The notes under the pieces were generated by a model, which was not told the DNA's origin, ran no database searches, and saw only the letters and a list, made by a program, of their open reading frames with translations. Positions 7,408 to 11,772 of a stretch of 11,772 nt of DNA are shown in pieces. The first letter of the stretch is position 1. Each line of letters starts with the position of its first letter. The DNA comes from Candidatus Micrarchaeota archaeon (lineage in GTDB: Archaea > Micrarchaeota > Micrarchaeia > Anstonellales > Bilamarchaeaceae). A program made the translations under genes and the position numbers. The stretch is from assembly GCA_043827025.1 (NCBI GenBank), contig JBDRPL010000001.1, positions 1 to 11,772 of the forward strand, given 5' to 3'.

Positions 7408-8115
7408 ATGTACGGCGTCTCTCCACAAGCATATGATCGGGCAATAACTGTTTTCAGTCCTGACGGAAGATTATTTCAGGTTGAATACGCAAAGGAAGCT
7501 GTGAAACGAGGCGCAACTGCAATAGGTATTGCAGTAAAAGAAGGCGTTGTCCTCGTTGCATTCAAGAGCATCCATTCGAACCTTGTTGTTCCCGATTCAT
7601 TGAAGAAGATTTTTGAAGTTGATACTCACATCGCAGTCACAGCAAGCGGTTTGATTGCAGATGCAAGGCGATTGGTTGACATTGCAAGAGTTGATGCGCA
7701 GAAGCATAAGATCACCTATGACGAATCTGTTTCTGTCGAGACAATTGCAAGAGGTGTCTGCGATCTTATGCAGGTCTACACCCAATACGGCGGAATCAGG
7801 CCATTCGGCGTTTCGCTTTTGATTGCAGGTGTGGATGATGGGCCTCAATTGTTCGAAGCAGAGCCAAGCGGTGCAATGACTGCATACAAGGCGGATTCCA
7901 TTGGTTCAGAAAAGAAGGAAGTTGATGAAATTCTTGAAAAACATTACAAGGAAACGATGGCTATTGATGATGCGATAGGCCTTGCAGTTATGGCTCTCAA
8001 GAAGACGCGTGAAGATACCTTGGTTCCGGATAACATGGAAATCGGCTATGCGGATATCAAAACAAAGAAGTTTGTGAACCTGAGCGCAAAAGAGATTGCC
8101 AAGTATTTGAAATAA
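7408..8115 (+). CDS. psmA: 20S proteasome alpha subunit
   Basis: Alpha-type signature YDRAITVFSPDGRLFQVEYA.EAVKRG.TAIGI, SGLIADARRL, YTQYGGIRPFGVSLLIAG. Confidence 0.98.
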   Translation: MYGVSPQAYDRAITVFSPDGRLFQVEYAKEAVKRGATAIGIAVKEGVVLVAFKSIHSNLVVPDSLKKIFEVDTHIAVTASGLIADARRLVDIARVDAQKHKITYDESVSVETIARGVCDLMQVYTQYGGIRPFGVSLLIAGVDDGPQLFEAEPSGAMTAYKADSIGSEKKEVDEILEKHYKETMAIDDAIGLAVMALKKTREDTLVPDNMEIGYADIKTKKFVNLSAKEIAKYLK

Positions 8116-8143
8116 ACTTATTTCTAAAAACGTTAATTTAAAA

Positions 8144-8250
8144 TTTCTTTCTTCTTTCATCTTGCTTTAATTGTTTTTTATTCCTTTAGGATTAGCCGAA
8201 GCCAAAAAGCCTTAAAAAAGAAGTTTAGGGGAACCGTCTCCCGTTTCCCC
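8144..8250. terminator. Convergent terminator region between psmA and the small basic protein gene
   Basis: Plus strand has pyrimidine/T tracts at 8144-8179 after psmA. Minus strand has hairpin GGGGAAACG-GGAGA-CGGTTCCCC (8250-8228) followed by CTTCTTTTTT (8223-8214). Confidence 0.65.
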
Positions 8251-8277
8251 CCACCAATTTACAAAATAGTTATAAAA

Positions 8278-8493
8278 TTAGGCATTTTTCATTCTTGCTT
8301 CACATACATAGCCTTTTGAGTCAACATAGTACATGTAGCCTTTCTTTCTGTTGATTTTCTCATTTCCTACCCTCTTCTTTTTGCCTCTTTTATTATTTGC
8401 CATTGGTGTCTGCCAGACGTATCCATCCTTTCCGATGTAGTACAGATAGCCTGATTCTCTTTCTAATTTTTCATTTCCTACTTTTGATCCCAT
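8278..8493 (-). CDS. Small basic Tyr-rich protein (71 aa) made of two tandem repeats with 37-aa period; function unknown
   Basis: Start ATG 8493 has SD GGTGAT (8503-8498). Repeats: KVGNEKLERESGYLYYIGKDGYVWQTPMAN and RVGNEKINRKKGYMYYVDSKGYVCEARMKN. Confidence 0.88.
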   Translation of the reverse strand: MGSKVGNEKLERESGYLYYIGKDGYVWQTPMANNKRGKKKRVGNEKINRKKGYMYYVDSKGYVCEARMKNA

Positions 8494-8583
8494 CGATATC
8501 ACCGCAATCTCTTCGAAGATAAGTATTTTAATAGTATCTGTTCTTCCTGAGGTCATTACCGCCGACAGTTAGCTTTTTATATA
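8494..8583 (-). promoter_or_regulatory. Promoter and ~60-nt leader of the small basic protein gene
   Basis: Minus strand TATATAAAAA at 8583-8574 just after the pyrH stop, and SD at 8503-8498. Palindrome TCTTCGAAGA at 8510-8519. Confidence 0.55.
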
Positions 8584-8589
8584 CATCGT

Positions 8590-9270
8590 TTAACTGCGCG
8601 TAACGACGGTGCCATCGTACTTCTGGTGGTTTATTGCTTTTTTTACCTCCTCTAGGTTCTTTCCGCTTACGAAATTTATTTCTATGCTGGATCTTGATGC
8701 AAGCTTGCATGCAAGCATGTCGAATATGAAATTAGTGCCTGCAGTCCTTTTGTCTGAGCCTACTGCGAGCATTATCAGCTCGTCATGCGTCATTTTCAGG
8801 AATTTTTTTGCATTCGGGTTTGTTCTTGGATCAGAATCATATACTGCATCAACATTGCTTATGTTTATCAGTCTTTTAGCCCCTATGCATTCTGCAAGCA
8901 GTACAGAATCAGTGTCAGTTGTTATTCCCGGAATCGTTCCTCCCATGACAACTACTTTGTATTTTTTCATTGCTGCCTTTGCCTTGTTGAAATCCTTGAA
9001 GAGTGTTGGAGACGCCATTTTTCCAAGGGCTTTTATCGTTGTTTTTGCATTTTCCCATGTTCCTTTTATCGCGGCTTCATCTGCTTCGAATTCCGAAGCT
9101 CCTTTTTTCTTTGCTTTCTTTGCATATTCGCGTGCAGCGAATCCACCGCCTGTCACTATCCCGAATTTTTCATTGCTTTGCCCTATTATTCTTTTCATCT
9201 CGGCAAGGAAAGCGTGGTCTATGCCTTCCTGCCTATTTATCATGCTTCCGCCCAAAGATAGAACTATCAT
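8590..9270 (-). CDS. pyrH: UMP kinase (archaeal type)
   Basis: MIVLSLGGS, IVTGGGFAAREY, VMGGTIPGITTD, NVDAVYDSDPRTNPNAKKF, AGTNFIFDMLACKL, GTVV. Start moved to ATG 9270. Confidence 0.96.
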   Translation of the reverse strand: MIVLSLGGSMINRQEGIDHAFLAEMKRIIGQSNEKFGIVTGGGFAAREYAKKAKKKGASEFEADEAAIKGTWENAKTTIKALGKMASPTLFKDFNKAKAAMKKYKVVVMGGTIPGITTDTDSVLLAECIGAKRLINISNVDAVYDSDPRTNPNAKKFLKMTHDELIMLAVGSDKRTAGTNFIFDMLACKLASRSSIEINFVSGKNLEEVKKAINHQKYDGTVVTRS

Positions 9271-9327
9271 AGTGTTCAACTCGCACACTAATAACCAGTA
9301 TACATTTATATTTTCTCTTTCCTTCAC

Positions 9328-9486
9328 AGCTTTGCACTAAAATAACTTAATCAGCATATTTTAGGTGCAAATGGAGCTTATTGTGCAAAGCTTCCCTCTA
9401 CGATGTAAAACCAATCATTATCTTTATATATATTGAGGTTTTAGTTTAATTAGGTATTCCCATGCTTAAGTGCAAAGGCGGGGAGG
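9328..9486. promoter_or_regulatory. Regulatory region of the surface protein gene with repeated GTGCAAA boxes
   Basis: TTTGCAC 9331-9337 (inverted) and GTGCAAA at 9365, 9383 and 9470; TATA box TTTATATA 9423-9430; SD GGGAGG 9481-9486. Confidence 0.55.
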
Positions 9487-9492
9487 TTGTTT

Positions 9493-11772
9493 ATGAAGAT
9501 ACTGGTGTTTTTAATATTGATGTTTGGCATGCTTGTTTCCGCACCTGTAGTGGGAAATGTAAGCCTAACCTCGACATCCTCGATCAATGCAACCGTGGGA
9601 AACCTAACCGTTAATTATCAAACAAATGATTCTACAAAAAATATAACTAGCTGGTATCTAGACAATATACCTTTTGCAGTATTAAACATGCCCTTTGAAG
9701 GTGGCTCTACAAGCGGGGTTGTAGGGACTAATGGCTCGACAAAGGATTATTCGGGATATAGAAATGATGGAATAGTTGCCAATGCTACTTGGAACGCAAC
9801 TGGTGGGTATGACGGGAAAGGAGCATATATGTTAAATGGAACTACTGATTATGTTGCAGTATCTAACGCCAGCCTTTTTGCTTTTGATGTTGATGATCCT
9901 TTTTCAGTTTCAATATGGATGTATCCTACATCAACTATATCTAGTGTTAACCCTTTGTTCTCAAAATATCCACTTGGGAATTATATAGGTTATTCTATTG
10001 AAGGAGTAGCTACAAATCGGATTAGAACTATTTTTAGAGTTGATGCTTCGAATATAATAGATGCTTACACCCCAACCAATTCTATAACTCCTAGTGCCTG
10101 GAATTTTGTAACTATGACTTACACAGGCAATACAAAGACCAGCGGAATTTCAGTGTATATAAATGGAATTAACCAGACTCTTGGGTCGCTCACAAATACT
10201 TATACCGCAGGTTCTATGTTAGTTACTGAATCTGCACGTATTGGCTTCAGAAATTCAGCATATTTTAATGGAATCATTGATGATGTGATGGTTTGGAATC
10301 GAACCCTGACATCGCAAGAAGTCCTCGCACTATATGAAAGCAAGACCGACATAATGGTTTCACAGGAATTGACTGTTGGTGATACGTGGAAGGCATGTGT
10401 CACTCCAAATAATGGAACTGCCGATGGAGTGGAAGTGTGCAGTAATAGCATGCTCATCCGTCCAGATGTTTCAGTAGGAAACGTAAGCTTAACCTCAACA
10501 TCTTCAATCAATTCAACAGCAGGAAACCTGACAGTCAATTATCAGACAAACAATTCCGTTAAAAATATAACTGATTGGCGTGTCAATGAGTTGTCCTTTG
10601 CAGTATTAAATATGCTATTTGAAGGTGGCTCTACAAGCGGAGTTCCAGGAACTGATGGCGCGACAAAGGATTATTCTAGAAATGGTAATAATGGAACTGT
10701 TGTTAATGCCACTTGGAACTCAACAGGAGGTTATGACGGAAGAGGAGCATATTCTTTTGATGGTGTTGATGATTACATTAATCTTGGGAATCCTGGAAGC
10801 TTGAACATTACAGGTGCAATCACATATTCTGCTTGGGTATATGTAAAAAGTACTGATGCGTCATATAAAAAGATGATTATGGGTAGAGGTAGAACTTCAG
10901 GTATTGCTGCACAAACTTCCGTATACTTAGGGTTTGAAAACCACGCTACAATTGCTCAACCAGAATTCGTAATATGTGATGGTACGACCAAGAATACTGT
11001 TTATTTTGCTTCTGGAATGACTTATAATGCATGGCATCATATTGTTGGAACATGGGATGGTTTTGCGGGGGCAAATAACTTGAAGGTATATATCGATGGG
11101 CAATTAAACAACACTGTAACCTCAACAATCAACTCAATTAATTTAGCTCCATCTACTGAAAACTTCTTTAAAATAGCCAGAGGAACAAATGCAGTAACAA
11201 ATGAAAACTTCAATGGTAGTATCGATGACATCAGAATTTTCAATCGCTCTTTGTCTGCAGCAGAAATCCTTGCATTATATCAAAATAAGACCGACATAAT
11301 GGTTTCACAGGAATTGACTGTTGGTGATACATGGCAGGCATGTGTCACTCCAAATAATGGAACTGCCGATGGAGTGGAAGTGTGTAGTAATAACGTAACT
11401 CTTGTGTCTCCTATGCCAATTCTGACAGTGGAATCACCAATAAACAATACAAACTATTCCGTAGATCTAGTAAGTCTTGACTTCACAGCCTTGGATTCTG
11501 GCAGTGGTATAGACAAATGCTGGTATTCCTTAGATGGAGGTGCAAACACAACTTTAGTAGGCTGTGCCAACACAACCATAACTCCAGGAGAAGCCAGGCA
11601 CAACATTCTATTCTATGTAAATGATACTTCCAATTATGTAAACATAAGCAGCAACCTGACGTTCACAGTAGACTTAACAGCACCTTCCCTTACAGTGGAA
11701 TCACCAATAAACAATTCAAATTACTCAGTAGACTCAGTAGCCCTTGACTTCACAGCAATAGAGCGACTGACA
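9493..11772 (+). CDS. Large secreted surface protein/adhesin: signal peptide, two LamG-like (ConA/jellyroll) modules, then Ig-like repeats; 3'-truncated
   Basis: Open frame of 760 codons from ATG 9493 to the window end, absent from the ORF track. Signal peptide MKILVFLILMFGMLVSA. LamG motifs KDYSG..NDG, FSVSIW, WNFVTMTY, VYINGI, FNGIIDDVMVWNRTLTSQEVLALY; second copy WHHIVGTWDG, KVYIDGQL, FNGSIDDIRIFNRSLSAAEILALY. Ig-like CWYSLDGG..GHNILFYVNDT..FTVDLTAP. Confidence 0.93.
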   Translation, partial: MKILVFLILMFGMLVSAPVVGNVSLTSTSSINATVGNLTVNYQTNDSTKNITSWYLDNIPFAVLNMPFEGGSTSGVVGTNGSTKDYSGYRNDGIVANATWNATGGYDGKGAYMLNGTTDYVAVSNASLFAFDVDDPFSVSIWMYPTSTISSVNPLFSKYPLGNYIGYSIEGVATNRIRTIFRVDASNIIDAYTPTNSITPSAWNFVTMTYTGNTKTSGISVYINGINQTLGSLTNTYTAGSMLVTESARIGFRNSAYFNGIIDDVMVWNRTLTSQEVLALYESKTDIMVSQELTVGDTWKACVTPNNGTADGVEVCSNSMLIRPDVSVGNVSLTSTSSINSTAGNLTVNYQTNNSVKNITDWRVNELSFAVLNMLFEGGSTSGVPGTDGATKDYSRNGNNGTVVNATWNSTGGYDGRGAYSFDGVDDYINLGNPGSLNITGAITYSAWVYVKSTDASYKKMIMGRGRTSGIAAQTSVYLGFENHATIAQPEFVICDGTTKNTVYFASGMTYNAWHHIVGTWDGFAGANNLKVYIDGQLNNTVTSTINSINLAPSTENFFKIARGTNAVTNENFNGSIDDIRIFNRSLSAAEILALYQNKTDIMVSQELTVGDTWQACVTPNNGTADGVEVCSNNVTLVSPMPILTVESPINNTNYSVDLVSLDFTALDSGSGIDKCWYSLDGGANTTLVGCANTTITPGEARHNILFYVNDTSNYVNISSNLTFTVDLTAPSLTVESPINNSNYSVDSVALDFTAIERLT
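9550..11391 (+). repeat. Two tandem ~300-aa modules (9550-10446 and 10474-11391)
   Basis: Both begin VGNVSLTSTSSIN and end ACVTPNNGTADGVEVCSN. Offset is 924 nt at the start and 945 nt at the end. Confidence 0.95.
10342..11392 (+). repeat. 106-bp near-identical direct repeat (10342-10447 and 11287-11392)
   Basis: AAGACCGACATAATGG...GTGTG(C/T)AGTAATA, with 3 mismatches in 106 nt by manual alignment. Confidence 0.95.
11422..11772 (+). repeat. Ig-like repeat with 267-nt (89-aa) period; second copy truncated
   Basis: LTVESPINNTNYSVDLVSLDFTA versus LTVESPINNSNYSVDSVALDFTA. The 24-mer ACAGTGGAATCACCAATAAACAAT occurs at 11425 and 11692. Confidence 0.9.

Noticed and set aside
8609..9340. Plus-strand ORFs of 243, 158 and 89 aa
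   Set aside because: Antisense shadows of the clear pyrH gene.
1232..11243. Other short ORFs in the track (e.g. 1232-1450, 2177-2560, 6233-6568, 6383-6592, 6713-7069, 7216-7428, 7597-7848, 7906-8160, 8528-8710, 10200-10538, 10619-10804, 10946-11243)
   Set aside because: They overlap well-supported genes in other frames or strands and lack independent support.
10342..11392. 106-bp near-identical repeat as a DGR template/variable repeat pair
   Set aside because: The mismatches (G/A, A/C, C/T) are not confined to adenines of one copy, both copies are in-frame in one gene, and no reverse transcriptase is in the window.
11758..11772. Break in Ig-repeat similarity at the end (IERLT versus LDSGS)
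   Set aside because: Only 15 nt at the window edge; normal repeat divergence cannot be distinguished from an insertion or contig-end artefact.
1..11772. CRISPR array, tRNA or rRNA genes
   Set aside because: No regularly spaced short repeats with unique spacers and no cloverleaf or rRNA-like stretch seen; intergenic gaps are all under ~225 bp.

Overview
Archaeal chromosomal window. The gene set (aTrm56, proteasome alpha subunit, archaeal-type PyrH), GGTGA(T) Shine-Dalgarno motifs and TATA boxes point to an archaeon; a DPANN lineage such as Micrarchaeota is my inference only. Left to right: the 3' part of an IS200/IS605 element (Y1/HUH transposase TnpA plus right-end hairpin); a small hypothetical protein; an orphan membrane protein; tRNA C56 2'-O-methyltransferase; a tight operon of A24 prepilin peptidase, processive-type GT2 glycosyltransferase and membrane-anchored CxxC thioredoxin-like protein; lemA-htpX; psmA with a two-hairpin leader; a 71-aa basic Tyr-rich internally duplicated protein with its own expression signals; pyrH; and the first 760 codons of a large secreted LamG/Ig-like surface protein that the ORF track misses because it has no stop in the window. 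Main leads: (1) the surface protein's repeats have conserved arms (one pair 103/106 nt identical) around highly divergent LamG cores, suggesting cassette-like variation; (2) a PIP-box-like C-terminus on TnpA; (3) the small basic duplicated protein as a candidate nucleic-acid-binding protein; (4) the peptidase-GT2-thioredoxin surface-biogenesis operon; (5) structured non-coding elements upstream of psmA and of the surface protein gene. All calls come from reading motifs by eye; no searches were run.
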